The position numbers and the translations under genes are program-made. 64,000 nucleotides of DNA from Octopus sinensis (lineage: Eukaryota). Below are positions 24,301 to 39,300 of this stretch, piece after piece. The notes beneath the pieces were generated by a model. That model was given only the letters and a program-made list of their open reading frames with translations, made no database searches and was not told the DNA's origin. Within the stretch, counting starts at the first letter, position 1. Each line of letters begins with the position of its first letter. The stretch spans positions 148,862,001 to 148,926,000 of the forward strand of contig NC_042999.1 of assembly GCF_006345805.1 (NCBI RefSeq), written 5' to 3'.

Positions 24301-27300
24301 TTGCGTGACACTGGTCTCTGCCCAACACTTGAAAGGATCTCAGCCACCTCGCCTCCATGAGGTCCGTCCATTTATTTGTCATATTGAGTCAAACTTCCAC
24401 TTTATATATAGCTTGAAGGAGCATGAATACCACCAGCCTGATTTGTTCTAAACAATTGATGACTTTTTTTATCAAAGCATATCGCTGTTTTAAATTTATT
24501 TTTAAGAATCCTTTTATTGGAGTGTCACTAAAATATATGTATACATACACATATTTTAGATATGGATATGTTTTTTTATAACATGATAATACAGGGAATA
24601 TTTTCAGCCTACTCCTTATCAGATGGAACTCCACAGCATCTCACTTAAAGCCTGTAGTGAGTCACAGGTTTGCCATCACTTCCCAGGTTGATAGTAATAA
24701 AGTACCGGTCAAATATTTGGGTTGATATAATTATGCTCCTCCTTGTTCTTATCTTAGGAATTTTATGATGATGAGTCATTGGTGATTGTATGTTTTCTGT
24801 ATTTTCTGTTGAAAAATACATGCTGAATTTTTTCTGACCAAAATTTACAACCAAAAATGGTTATGTTGGCTTATACACCAAGACAACTTTATAGGACCAA
24901 AATCTGCATGTTAAATGCAAGATTTGGAAAGATCATGAGAATGTTTGAATGTTTATGCTACATTATCAACATCATTGTTTAACATCTGCTTTCCATGCTA
25001 GAATGGGTTGATTGAGGACTGGCAAGCCAGGAGGCTGCACCAGGCTCCAATCTGATCTGGCAAGGTTTTTACAGTTGGATGCCCTTCCAAACGCCAATCA
25101 CTCTAACAGTGTAGTGGGTGCTTTTTGTGTGCTACTGGCTCTGGGGTCAGTCAGGTGGAACTGGCATCGACCATGCTCAAATGGTACTTTTTATGTGCCA
25201 TAGGCACAGGAGCCAGTCAGGTGGTACTGGCAATACTCATGTTTGAATAGTACTTTGTATGTGCCAACTTGTATGCCAGAAAATACAGTAACTAAAGTGA
25301 AAATGAATGAATTAATTAATATAAAGTTTTATTATTGTTTTGTAATTTATGTTGTTTTATTGCTAATTTTTACTAATGACCTTGTTGTACAGAAGATTAA
25401 AAATATTTTTATTATCTTTTTTGTAAATTCCAGCAAAGTCTTTTATCGGATGCCATTAGCATGCAAGGACGTAGTGCTTTGAACAATGTAGAAATGGCTT
25501 ATGCTAGTCAGGTAATCTTACTTTAAAATTTTTTTCACCTTTTAAAATATTTAATAAAGATTTGAAGCCAAATTTAAACACGCTTTTGAAGTGATGCTTC
25601 TGTTTGAAGTATCAGAACACCAGTAATATTGGCACATTACCTGATATATAGGGCAGTAAGGTTATTAGTAACCTATTGGGTTGTTGTGGCACCACTTGAC
25701 AATCTTTCACTCTTTATATAAGATATAACTAAAGAAGTTTAATCTGTTGCCTTCTCCAGGCTCATGTTAGGATTTATATTAGCAGGCATGGCTGTGTGGT
25801 TGAGAAATTCGCTTCCTAACAACAGTTTTGGGTTCAGTCCCACTGTATGACACTTCGGGCAAGTATCTTCCACTGTAGCACTGGGCTAATCAAAGCCTAT
25901 GGCTGGACGTGTTTCTACAGAAGCTTGAAAACAAATGATGCCATTTGTATTACAGTAACAACTCATTTTCAACTATTGTATGATGTCACGACAAGGAGAA
26001 CACACACACATGCGCGTGTGTGCACATGAAAGGCTTCTTTCAAATTCTGGCTACCAGCTCACCCAGAATGCCATGCAGTGGGACTGAACCCAAATCCATG
26101 TGGCCTGGAAGCAAGATTCATAACCACTCAGCCTTGCACCTACAATGTGTGTATTTAATTAAATTATAATTTACACCTGCAGTAGTAGCTTAAATCTGAG
26201 TAGTGTATGTATATATTTTAACTAAAGCAGGAGTATAACTTATAAGAGAAAAATAACTTGCATATCAAAGGGACTTTCTCATAAAGATATACTTGTAACA
26301 CATTGTTTTATGCATTTTAGGTTTATATATATAACAAAAAAGTCCTTGAAGGTGGCATTCGTCTGAGTTTGCAGGATTTATTCATGGAAGCTGCTAATTC
26401 CTTAGGAGATAAGGTAAGTCTTCTTTTTTCAAATACTATACTAATGTCATCATTTAATGTAGGTTTTTCTTGCTGATATGGGTTGGAAGGTTTGACAGGA
26501 GCTGGCAAGCCGGAGGATTGCACCAGGCTTCACTGTCTGTTTTGGCATTGTTTCTATGGCTGGATGCCTTTCCTAATTCCAACCACTTTACAGAGCAGTG
26601 CTTTTTGTGGTTTTTCTGAATATTCCTGCTAACTATAATTTGTTTTATTTTTCATTAAAAATGTCAAACTTTGGATGTCATCATAATCGCATATCCTTAA
26701 ATAACATTCATCTTTGACAAATAATGTTTTTCCAAACTCTGTATTTTTTCTAGTTAACTTTTTAATGATTTATACAATCTGATTTAATGCTAACTTACCA
26801 AATTCTTTTCATCTGTGTCATTTTCAACTTAACCCTTTTGCATTAAGATTACTCTCATGATGTGATTGTTTAGTCTTAGAATGACATTGTAGGGTAAGTG
26901 TGAGAGGTTGGATCTGGCTGGTTTGAGCATAAAACAGAATTGTTGGGCTGGTTTAAATGCTGAAGAGTTGCTTATTCAGTCTGTAAATTCTGTTTTCATA
27001 AGTTAATAACTGTACAATAATCTCTATTTACTAATGATTTACAAAGGCACAAGCATGGCTAATTTCAAGTTCGGTCCCACTACATGGCACCTTATGTAAG
27101 TGTCTTCTGTTATAGCCTTAGGGCCAGCTAAAGCCTTGTGATTGGATTTGGTTGATAGAAAACAAAAGAAGCCTGTCACTTATTATTGGTGCCATGTAAA
27201 AGTGCCTGTGTGGTGACACATAAAAGCAGCCTTGTGGTGCCATGTAAAAGTGCCTGTGCAGGGCCATGTAAAGCACCCACTACAATCTGTAAAGTGGTTG

Positions 27301-30300
27301 GTATTAGGAAGGGCTTCCAGCTCTAGAAACCACGCCAGATCAGACTGGAGTCTGGTGTAGCCCTGCTAGCTTGCCAGCTCTGGTCACACCGTCCAACCCA
27401 TGCCTGCATGGACAACAGATGTTAAATGATGAATTGGCTATGTGTGCTTGTGCCTCCATGTCTTGACATTACATCATAGTTGTAAACAAGTATCACTGTC
27501 ATACAGGCAGCACCCTTTGTTCCTGAGGAAATATTGCTTTGCTTGGAAACAAGTGAGAATTTTGCAACTGGAAAGGCATCTGGCTGTAGAAAATCTGCCT
27601 CAACAAATTCTACAAGCATGGGAAACTTGATGTTGAAGCACTGAAATGATAATGACAACCAGTTGAATGATTTCAATTCTCGACTTAGTCCTTTAATCAT
27701 TGTATGAGAAGGAAGTTGGAATCATTATCATAGAAATTTGTTGACCTTACTTTTTTTTTATATTTCAGCTGGTAATCGATAAATTGTGGTCTATGGTTGA
27801 ATTCATGGTAAATGTTCCAATGGTAACATCTAGTGCTGGTCCACCACGACAGGATAAGAAACTGCTCCAAGCATTTGTAGGCCAAGCTAGAAAATACCTT
27901 GAACACATGTGAGTTGAAATCTTCAATAATTAAACTTCGTTTTTGCTAATTTTAATTAATTTTCAAATTCGTTTTTTTTTTTTGTTTGTTACTGTTGTTA
28001 ACGATGATGGAACCATTATTTGATTCTTTTCAGGTATGTAAAATATGTCACAACTATGGTGTACGAGAATTTATACAAGGCTAAGCGTGGAGGCAAACCT
28101 GGTACCTACAGTTTGATAAGGAGTTTCTTGAATGTTAAATACCCTACACCAATGCGAGGAGAAGTAATTACATATTTTCTTTATATGAAATCATGAGAGA
28201 ATCAACAATGAGTTAGAACAGCGCTTCTTAAACTATGGGTCATGACCCCATTTGGGGTCGTGAAAATTGAATTCAAACAGTTGAATTTCAGTTTATATGT
28301 TATTTCACAAATGCATATTTAATACCTGGGGTTGTCAAAAATGGGGTCATGAATGAAAAAAGTTTAAGAAGCGCTGAGTTAGAGTATCAGTCAAAGATTG
28401 ATGTTTCTCTATGCAATCACTAAACACTGTCTGTGGACAAGATACTTAAACTTTGCTAATTCAGTTCATCTAACTTTAAATAAGTACCATGTTTAGGTAA
28501 CACCTCACCTCTGTAAGTAATGAGATCATTGCATAATTCAGTGTTCCAATAGTTTGAATTGTTGTTGAGCTGGATCCTGACAAATGTGGTTATTCCACAG
28601 TTCATTCCAGCCACTCCCATTTCTATTTAGCCAAAGTGAGAGTCATTTTGAATGAAAGCGTGTACTCTTTCATTCATAAGAGTATGTTATACACTTCAGT
28701 GAAGTGCAAGGCTACTTAAAACATAACTCAAATCCTTCCCAAACACATCATTTCAGGTGCAGTCCTGCTGTGTGGAACTTTGGGCAAATGTCTTCTGCAC
28801 TAAACCCAGACCAACCAAAGCCTTAAGAGTGGATTTGAGAGATAGACACAGAAAGAAGCCTTGTGTGTGTAGAAATCATTAAACTCAACACAGTCCATTT
28901 GATCTTGTCAAAATATCCAATCCATGCCAGGATGGAAGATAGATGTTAAAAATTGATGATTTCTCTTTGTTTTAAATCTATTTTTAGGATGGATTGTTAG
29001 ATGGTCATCCAGTCTGGGCTGTGATTTACTATTGTCTCCGTTGCGGTGACTTAGATGCAGTTCAGGAAGTTGTTAACAAAAGTAGGTGAGTATCTTGGAT
29101 GTTATTAACACAACTTGTTTAATATGGCTTTTTAGAGAGAGAGTTGTGAACAATCTGAGGTAACTGGTGGATTGGATTGTAGTTGATTCTACCCAGTAGC
29201 CATCCCAGCATGAAAGATGGATATTAAAAACGACGATGATTATATATAGCACGTAAAGAACATCTTTGAATGTTGGGCCTCATGGAGGCAAAGTAGCTGA
29301 GTTTCTTTCAAGCATTGGACCTCACAGAGGCAATGACCAAGACCTTTGGCATTATGTCCTGCTTGAGAAGAAAACCATCAAGCTGAGCAAAATCACAGTT
29401 TGGAAGATACTGGTGTCACGCAAATTGGCACCTGTGTTGGTGGCACATAAACGCACTGTGGTGTCACGCAAATGACACCTGTGCCAGTGGGACGTAAAAG
29501 CATCTATTATGCTTTCAGAGTGGTTGGCATTAGTAAGGGCATCCAGCCGTAGAAAAACCATGCCAAATCAGGCTGGAGTCAGGCTCAGCCTTCCAGTGTA
29601 TCAGCCCAGTCAAACTGACCGACTCATGCCAGCATGGACAACAGATGTTAAATGATGATGAAGATATATATATATATATGTATATGTATATATAAATAAA
29701 AGCAAATCAAGATCGAAATCAAAATGGAAATTGTAGTTGTGGCCGATGCCAGTCCTGCCTGACTGGCACCTGTGCTGTGGCATGTAATAAACACCATTCA
29801 AGCATGGGTTGTTGCCAGTGCCGCCTGACTGGCTCCCTGTGTCAGTGGAATGTAAGAAGCAACATCCGAACATGGTCAATTCCAATCTTGCAGCATGGAA
29901 AATGGATGTTAAACGATGATGATTTATATATGTATATAAACAAACAATTAAATCAATATAATTGTATATTTTATTCTTTTTCTTAATATTTCAGTCAGCA
30001 GTTAAAAGATTTCCCAGAAATTATTACAGAATATATGAAGAATGACAGAAGGTTTGTCCCTGTTAGATCTATTGTTACATGTTAACTGCTTATTCTTATC
30101 CTGCAGGCCTTCTAATATACGTATATATTCATGCCTGTAGATGAGATCTCTTGCACCTGTTGATGGCTATATACATAAGCAATTAGTAGTACAGTGAAAA
30201 GTAAATAGTAAAATAGCATGAATATTTACTATAGAAGTTTTCTGTTTTTTATCATCTCTCTCTCTCTCTCTATGATTGCAGAGAAACAATGATAATTTTC

Positions 30301-33300
30301 AAAGTATTATTTTCTGTATTTTTCATTCCACTTGAAATTCTTAGCCTTTGTTTGGTAGAGGTTCCTACCTGCTCTAGAATTACCCACTTTATCCTTCTGT
30401 TCCCTTTGTATCTCTTTCACATGCGGCCCCCACCTGCACCACCACTACACACACCCTACCCCTCGTCCCACACTTATACATATTTTTTAGTGAAGGTGCG
30501 TGGATTAGTGGTTAGAGTATTTGGCTCACAATTGTATGGTTGTGAGTTCGATTTCCAGTGGTATGTTGTGTCCTTGAGCAAGACTCTTTATTTCATGTTG
30601 CTCCAGTTCATTTTATTTCATATTGCTTTAGTCCACTCAGCTGGCAAAACCGAGTTGTACCTGTAATTCAAAGGGCCAGCCTTGTCACATCCTGTATCAG
30701 GCTGAATCTCCCTACGTTAAGGGTATGTGTATCTGTGGAATGCTCAGCCACTCACCTGTTAATATCATGAGCAGGCTGTTCCGTTTATCGAATCAAGTGG
30801 AACCCTTATCACAACTGGTTATACACATTCTCCACACAATTTCCACACACACTCACACACCATTTGGCCACATCTCCCTCGCATACTTACACCCTTCACT
30901 TACAACAGATATTTCTATTCATTAACCATCTGGTCTTTTTTACACAGACACACACACAACATTCCCCTTCTTCCCCACTTTCAGATACAAATACACCCTG
31001 ATATATGTGCGTCTATACACCCACATCTTCCCTTCCAAACTCTCCACCCTATAGGACAGCATTCCTCCTTGTTTCTTACTTTTTGCTTTCCTTCCAACAT
31101 TTATTTCTTTTTCTCACCACCACCCCTTATACTTTTCTTTTCTCTGTCAAAATTTGTTCTTGTTCTTCCTAATGTTTATTGCTTTTACACACATGCAGTT
31201 GTAATATTAAACTGACTCCATGTATTGTCTATTTATAGCCTTGGGCCAAGCACACAGACCAAAGTTCGTCATTATTACCGCAGAACCATCAAAAATAGCT
31301 CTGACCCTTACAAAAGGTAACTACCATTTTGAGTTTAATATTCTTATTTTTATATTTTTTATTTTGTTGCTGGCTTGTTTTGTTAAATTTTGTTTATCTT
31401 TAAATAAATTGTAAAACAGATGGAAGAATTTTACGAAATTTTTGACTAAAAGGTAGTTTACTCTGCACGAAACATCGACTGTATGTTGTGTTTGTGGGGA
31501 ATGTGAAGCTACATTGTCGTGAAACATAATCATTCAAGTAGCAAGATTTAGTCACAACTTGAGAGGATTGATCCTAATATATATAAGACCATTTATTTTG
31601 ATACCACCTCACCTTATACTACCCTCTAGTTCTTTAATACAAAATCCCTGTTTTAAAGTGATCTAAATAAAAACATTCAATTAAAATTCTATATTAACTG
31701 CATGGGAACTACATTATCTGATGTCTTCTTTTCTTTTTTTTCATAAACCTGTACAGAAGGATTTAAGGGAGATTTGGTTGCTGTTTCTAGCAAAGCAACC
31801 ATGTAGAGACTCCAGGGTGTGAAAAGAATTTTGTATTGTGCACTTAGCCAAACCTCCTCAGCGTTGGTGATAACCAACCATAAACAGCCTATCTTTTGTA
31901 TAGCCAAGATTACATATTCCATTATATCCTTGCTTTAGGAGAATAGAATATGATTTTAGGGAGATTTTATTACTATCTCTAATAGGTAGATGCCCTACAT
32001 TTTGTTTGCTTATGATGTAGTTACAGCACCATCTCTCTTTCTCAAATTTGCTCAGTCAGTATTGTTTTTCTGTCTTGTATATTTCACATCTTATCTATAT
32101 ATTTTACAGAGCTGTGTACAGTGTTATCAGCCAGTCAGATCCATTAGAAGCACATGCAGAGATTGCAGATAAAACAGAAGATTACCTATGGTTGAAGCTT
32201 TGCCAGATCCAGTTTGAAGTGGATCCATCTGGCCAAGATCAATACACACTCCAGAAACTACAGTCTTTATTGTATGAAGAATATGGTAAGTCACTACCTT
32301 CTACCACTACCATTTTCTCCACCTCCAGTACTAGTAGGTGCAGGTGTGGCTGTGTGGTAAGGTGTTTGCTTCCTGATCACATGGTTCAAATTCAGTCCTG
32401 CTGCGTGGCACCTTGGGCAAATAGCTCCTACTATAGCCTTGGGCTGACCAAAGCCTCGTCAGTGGATTAGGTAGACAGAAACTGAAATAAGCTGAGCTAG
32501 CAGAAACGTTAGCACGCTGGGCAAAATGCTTAGCGGTATTTCGTCTGCTGTTACATTCTGAGTTCAAATTCCACCGAGGTTGACTTTGCCTTTCATCCTT
32601 TCAGAGTCAATAAATTAAGTACCAGTTACGCACTGGGATCAATGTAATCGACTTAATCCCTTTGTATGTCCTTGTTTGTCCCCTCTATGTTTAGCCCCTT
32701 GGGGGCAATAAAGAAATAAGAAACTGAAAGAAGCCCATCTTATTTGTGAGTGTTTATGTCTGTGTTTGTCCTCCACCACTGCTGGACAACTATTATTGGT
32801 GTGTTTGCATAGCTGTAACTTAGTGGTTTGGCGAGGCTAAACAAAACTACCACCCCCACACTGCTTCTGCTTCATCAGTGTACATAATACCTTGTTGATA
32901 TTGATAAACCACACAGGATGGTGAGATGGCAGAATCATTAGCACACCAGACAAATCCTGAGCAACATTTTATTTGTCTTTACATTTCTGAGTTCAAACTC
33001 TGCCAAGGTTGACTTAGCCTTTCATTACCTTTTGGGCAGGTTGATAAAGCAAGCACCAATTGAGGGCTGAGGTTGGTGTAGTTAATCAGACTCCTCCTTC
33101 CAAACTTCAGGCCTGGTGCCTGTTGTAGAAAAAAATACTATCACATCTATATACCATCCTGTCACTTGTTATATTTTACAGTTGCACATCATTCTGTGCT
33201 TCACTATACCATCTCTTGCCTTAACATGAATCTGCATTTAACATACATGTGTTTTTTGGCATTTTTACTTGTATGCAAACATGTGCAACTGTTCATTTAT

Positions 33301-36300
33301 TTCTTGTCTATTGTTGTTACTATTAGTCAATGAAAATCCTTATCAATCATTAGTCTTACTCTTTATTCACTCACTTTGATTAAAGCTGCTTTCTTGTGAT
33401 GCCAAGCAGTTTATTTGATGATCACTCATCTCAGATGAATCAAAAACCAGTTCCAAAGAAACAGACAGTGGTTTGGATATGAGATGTTTTGATGCCACCT
33501 ATTTGCTGTGGCTGATTTGATGATGCCTTATCTGACATCAGACATCTCAATGGTTTTTCTTCTCCTTCCTTCCCTCCAATGGACGAACACTTGTTCGTGT
33601 GGGTTTGAACTCCACTCGTGCTAGATATATGGTATTTTTTATAGACGCAGAAATGGTTGTGTGGTAAATAGCTTGCTTACCAACCACATGGTTCCAGATT
33701 CAGTCCCACTGCGTGACACCTTGGGCAAGTACCTTCTACTGTAGCTTTAGGCCGACCAAAGCCTGGTGAGTGGATTTGGTAGATGGAAACTGAAAGAAGC
33801 CTGTTATATATGTGTATATGTTTGTGTGTCTGCGTTTGTCCCCCCCACCATCGCTTGACAACCGATGCTGGTGTGTTTATGGTCCCCATAACTTAGCAAT
33901 TCAGTAAAAGAGAATGATAGAATAAGTACTAGGCTTACAAAGAATTAGACCTGGGCTTGATTTGTTCGACTGAAGGCAGTGCTCCAGCATGGCCGCAGTC
34001 AAATGACTGAAACAAATAAAAGAGTAATGATTTATTGTTCTGTTTTAGGTGAAAGCCACTTTAACGCCTACCAACAACCATACCTCTATTTCCAAGTATT
34101 GTTCCTTACGTGTCAGTTTGAAGCTGCTCTTGAGTTCCTCTCTCGTATCGATGCTCTACGTTGTCATGCTGTCCATGTTGCTTTAGTATTGTTTGAACTG
34201 AAACTGTTACTGCTTCCATCCTCAACACAAGTCGCTCTCTGTAAGTATTGTTTCATTCTGCTGTTCTGTTTTTGATGCTATTCTTTTTTTTCTTTGAAGC
34301 TGTTCAGCTTTTGGCTGATAGATTTAAGCTTTTTAGGAAAAAGAAACAAAAATGAAACTTGAAGTTGTTCTAAATTTTCGTTTATTTGCATTATACAGAA
34401 TGTTCTCTGCAGATATCTGTTTGTTACCGAAGTCTTTATCTTCATTAAAAGGCCTAATTTTTTAATGTAAATGTTTCAACACATAACCAGCTCTAATTTG
34501 AAGCAGGAAAATGGCAACAGACTTACTGGTGGAGCATAAACCATGTATCTGTCATTTGTGGAGTTAAAATACTGTCATCACCATTTAACATCCACGTTCC
34601 ATGCTACATTAGATTGGATGGTTTGAGAGGATCTGTGTCAAGCTCTAGAATCTGCTTTGGTATGATTTCTATGGCTGGATACCCTTCTTAACACCAACCA
34701 CCTTAGAGTGTACTTGGTGCTTTTATCAAGCAACCAGCATTAGTAAAAAGGCCATGCAGCTTACAAGACTATGAACCCTGAGTGGGGGCACTTTGGGCTG
34801 AGCAGGTTTCTTGTAGAGGAGCTACATGGTTATTCACGTTTAGAAGAAAGCGTGAAATGATCAGTTGGAGCTGCAAAGAAATAAATAGTGCTAATGTGGT
34901 TTCCAGGTGGCCTCTCAAAGCACTAGGGACATTTTATCTAACAAAAGGAAGAGCTGGAACACATTTGATCCTTGTGCTTGTGCCACATAAAAAAACAGCC
35001 ATGCAGGTGCCATGTATAAAGCACTGGTGTCACATAAAAAGCCCCCCGGTACACTCTGTAAAGTGGTTGGCGTTAGGAAGGGCATCCAGTTGTAGAAACC
35101 ATGCCGAAATGATAATTGGTGCCTGGTGCAGCTCCTGTCACACTGTTCAACCCATGCCAGCATAGAAAACAGATTTTGAATGTTGATGATGATACTTAGT
35201 CAGAGTTGGCTTGGTGCTAGATAACAGCAACAACTTCTAATCATGTAAATTCAGATAATTGACTTTGTTGATTACTTTGCTTTGTAGAATGAATATATAT
35301 ATATATAAACAAGTCAAATTGCGATAAAATAAATTATTATCGCTGGTATTTCTAGCACAAGCCATATATTTTTCATATATCAGTACATTAAGGCGAAATA
35401 TGTGCTAGAAACACAGAAGCTAGATAAATTTAGTGAAATGAAGATAAAAACATTTACTAACTCGGTTCCTCTTAGACTGCAGTTTCGTTCTTTTCAGCAA
35501 TAAAGATAATTTATTTGCTCAGGGAGAATTCATCGGTAAGAGCCCTGTTGTTCTGAGATCCTAACTCACTAGAAGCATGTGCTTCTAATGATTTGCTCTC
35601 TCTAACTAATCAGATCACTGCGCAGACTCAGAACGTCCCGACAAAACTAGGGATTTCTGGTATATTGTCTAACGCTCAAAATTTATCGAGAAATATGTAA
35701 ACAAGTCAAATTGCGATAAAATAAATTATTATCGCTGGTATTTCTAGCACAAGCCATATATTTTTCATATATCAGTACATTAAGGCGAAATATGTGCTAG
35801 AAACACAGAAGCTAGATAAATTTAGTGAAATGAAGATAAAAACATTTACTAACTCGGTTCCTCTTAGACTGCAGTTTCGTTCTTTTCAGCAATAAAGATA
35901 ATTTATTTGCTCAGGGAGAATTCACTGGTAAGAGCCCTGTTCTGAGATCCTAACTCACTAGAAGCATGTGCTTCTAATGATTTGCTCTCTCTAACTAATC
36001 AGATCACTGCGCAGACTCAGAACGTCCCGACAAAACTAGGGATTTCTGGTATATTGTCTAACGCTCAAAATTTATCGAGAAATATGTAAACAAGTCAAAT
36101 TGCGATAAAATAAATTATTATCGCTGGTATTTCTAGCACAAGCCATATATTTTTCATATATCGGTACATTAAGGCGAAATATGTGCTAGAAACACAGAAG
36201 CTAGATAAACTTAGTGAAATGAAGATAAAAACATTTACTAACTCGGTTCCTCTTAGACTGCAGTTTCGTTCTTATAACTGTTCTAGTATTATTATTATTA

Positions 36301-39300
36301 TTATATTCAGTAATTGCCTGGAATCAAACTTGGAATCTTGGGGTTAGTAGCCCATGCTCATAATCACTACGCCATATGCCCGTGGGCATATGACATAGTG
36401 GTTAAGAGTGCGGGCTACTAACCCCAAGATTCCGAGTTCGATTCCAGGTAGTGACCTGAATAATGATAATAATATTGGAAAAATACCTTAGGAATGAGAA
36501 CCCAGGTTCGAAATTCCCCCAGGTCACCTAATGAAGGCTGGAGAGTACATCAGACAAAACATGTTAACAACAAATATCTGTCAAATGTATATAATATATA
36601 TATATCTATTAAAATATTTTGTTTTGTGATGCAGTAACTCAAGATCCTGCAGATCCATCACCACAACGCCGACTGAACTTTGCTCGTCTCGTCATGATGT
36701 ACACACGAAAGTTTGAAGCCACAGATCCACGAGAAGCTCTCCAATATTTCTTTTTCTTGCGGTAAATTGCTATGTTCATCATCTCTTTTTCTCTCCTCCC
36801 CCCTTATGATGGTTATAAATGAACTTCACTGTCATAGAGTAATATTGTTTGTTTCCAGTTTTCTCTGAGAAACATGTTTTGCCTTGGGGAAATATTACCG
36901 TGCTTGGAAGCAATTGAGAGGTTGTAATGGAAAGGGCATTTCTTGTAGAAAATCTACTTCAATAAATTCTGTCTAACCCTGTCATGCAATGGAAACATGA
37001 ACATTAAATGATGATGATGATTATATGCAAACACACTCAATTACATATTTCATCATCATCATCATTTAACGTCCATTGTCCATGCTGTTACAGGTTGGTT
37101 GGTTTGACTGGGCTGGCACACTGGAAGTCTGCACCAGACTCTAGTCTGATTTAGCATGGTTTTCTATGGCTGGATGCCATTTCTAATGCCAACCACTCCG
37201 AGGGTGTAATGGGTGCTTTTATGTGCCACCGGCATGGTTGTCATTTGCCTGACATCAGGATGCGTTTACCTGCCAGTTTGTGTGACACCAGTATCTGCTG
37301 CATAACTTTAAAGTTGTTGGGTTGCTGCTGCAGGCTGTATCTTTACAGAGTGTTTTGTGAGAGAATTCAACCTGGACACTTGTCTGCGGTGCTACACAGT
37401 GGGATTGAACCTAAAATCCTGTGGTTGGAAAACAAACTTCTTAACCACACCGCCATGTCTGCATCAAGATTTGGTGTATCATTTCCATGGCTACAGCTTG
37501 ACTCCAGTCCATGCCATTATGGAATAAGGAATGGCAACAACAAAAAACATGTTCTCTGGTTTATTTAACATCATATTCTGTATTCACTAGTGGTCAATGC
37601 CAGTGCCCCCTGACTGGCTCTCATGCTGGTGGCACGTAAAAAGCACCATCCAACGTGGCCGATGCCAGGTCCGCCTGACTGGTTCCTGTGCATGTGGTTC
37701 GTAAAAAGCACCATCTGAATGAGATCGATGCCAGGGTCACCTGACTGGCTCCTGTGCCGGTGGCATGTAAAAAGCACTATCCGAACATGATCGATGCCAG
37801 GCCTGCCTGACTGGCTCCTGTGCCAGTGACATGTAAAAAGAGCACCCACTACACTCTCGGAGTGGTTGGCGTTAGGATGGGCATCCAGCTGTAGAAACAC
37901 TGCTAGATCAGATTGGAGCCTGGTGCAGCTGCTGGTTCTCCAGAGCTCAGTCAAACCGTCTAACCCATGCTAGTATGGAAAACGGATATTAAATGATGAT
38001 GATGTTGACGCATATGTGTGTTACTCTTTAATGTCAACACTTGTTAAAGAATAATATGTATTCTACAAAAAGTATTGATAATTGATCAGTTTAATGTAAA
38101 ATTGTTTCATAACTTGATATAAAAACAAAACATTGATATGCCTGTCTGTCTGATTGTCTACCTTTATTTTGTTCCTATTTTTCAAGGAATATAAAGTCTT
38201 CCACTGAAGGAAACCTTTTCATGTCTTGTGTGACAGAACTTATTTTTGAAACTAAAGAGGTTAGTACTTGATCATTTATTTTGTTTGATAGTATTATTAT
38301 ATGCTCTCCTTCTTTTATGTCATTAAATCTTAAAAGAAGCTAACAACGTATCCTCTACTACATGGTTGCTCAACCTGCTAGATACAGCAGCCAAGTCTCC
38401 CTCAAATGACACCCTGTCATATTTAAAGCAAACACCTTGAATAATGTGGTTCTAGATACATTACACCTGAAAATAAGATGTACTAGTCATGACTGAAATG
38501 CTGTTAGTCATAACTCTGCTTGATCAGATCTGACCTTGGGTTAAACAAGAAATCATTTTTAAAAGTAATTAGTTTTTAGTTTTGTCCCTTTATATGCTGA
38601 GCTCAACTTTGCCTTCTATTGTTTCATAGTTAAGAAAATAAAATACCTGTCAAGTACTGAGGGTGATTTAATTGAGTAATTTCCTCCTCCGAAATTTCAG
38701 GCCTTTAGCCTATCTTAGAAATTATTATTTTGCTTTTAATCTGCTATAGTCCAGGCATGTGCCGTCAGTAATTACTTAGGGTAGGCAGTTAGTGATATTT
38801 ATGTAGTAAAATTTGCAAAAAAATAAGCAAAACACATGTGTGCGATTGAATTGAAGGCAGAATTACTTCTGCCTTTATAGCACAGAGAAAACATTGTTGT
38901 AGGAATGTACGCAACATGTGTATTACAGCATGTGGTTTTAATACTGAAATAGAAAGGCAGGGGCGAATTATTCCTACTTAATCTACAAAAAAAAATAAGG
39001 TATTTTGCATTTTATGCATAGTATCAGAGTAACCTTCATAATTTTATTGAATTAGGTGCATATTTTGCCACAAAAAGGAAAATACTACTATCAATTTTAA
39101 GGGGAGGAGGGGATTAGTTGAATGCAATAACCCCCAGCACTTGACTGGTACTCTACTTTATTGACAATAGGATGAAAGGCAAAAGTGACCTCAGTAGGAT
39201 TTGAACTCAGAATGTAAAGGAATTGAAGAAATGATGCTAAGCATTTTGTCTGATGTGTTTACAATTCTACCAGTTTGCCACTTTATTAATAAAAATAAAT

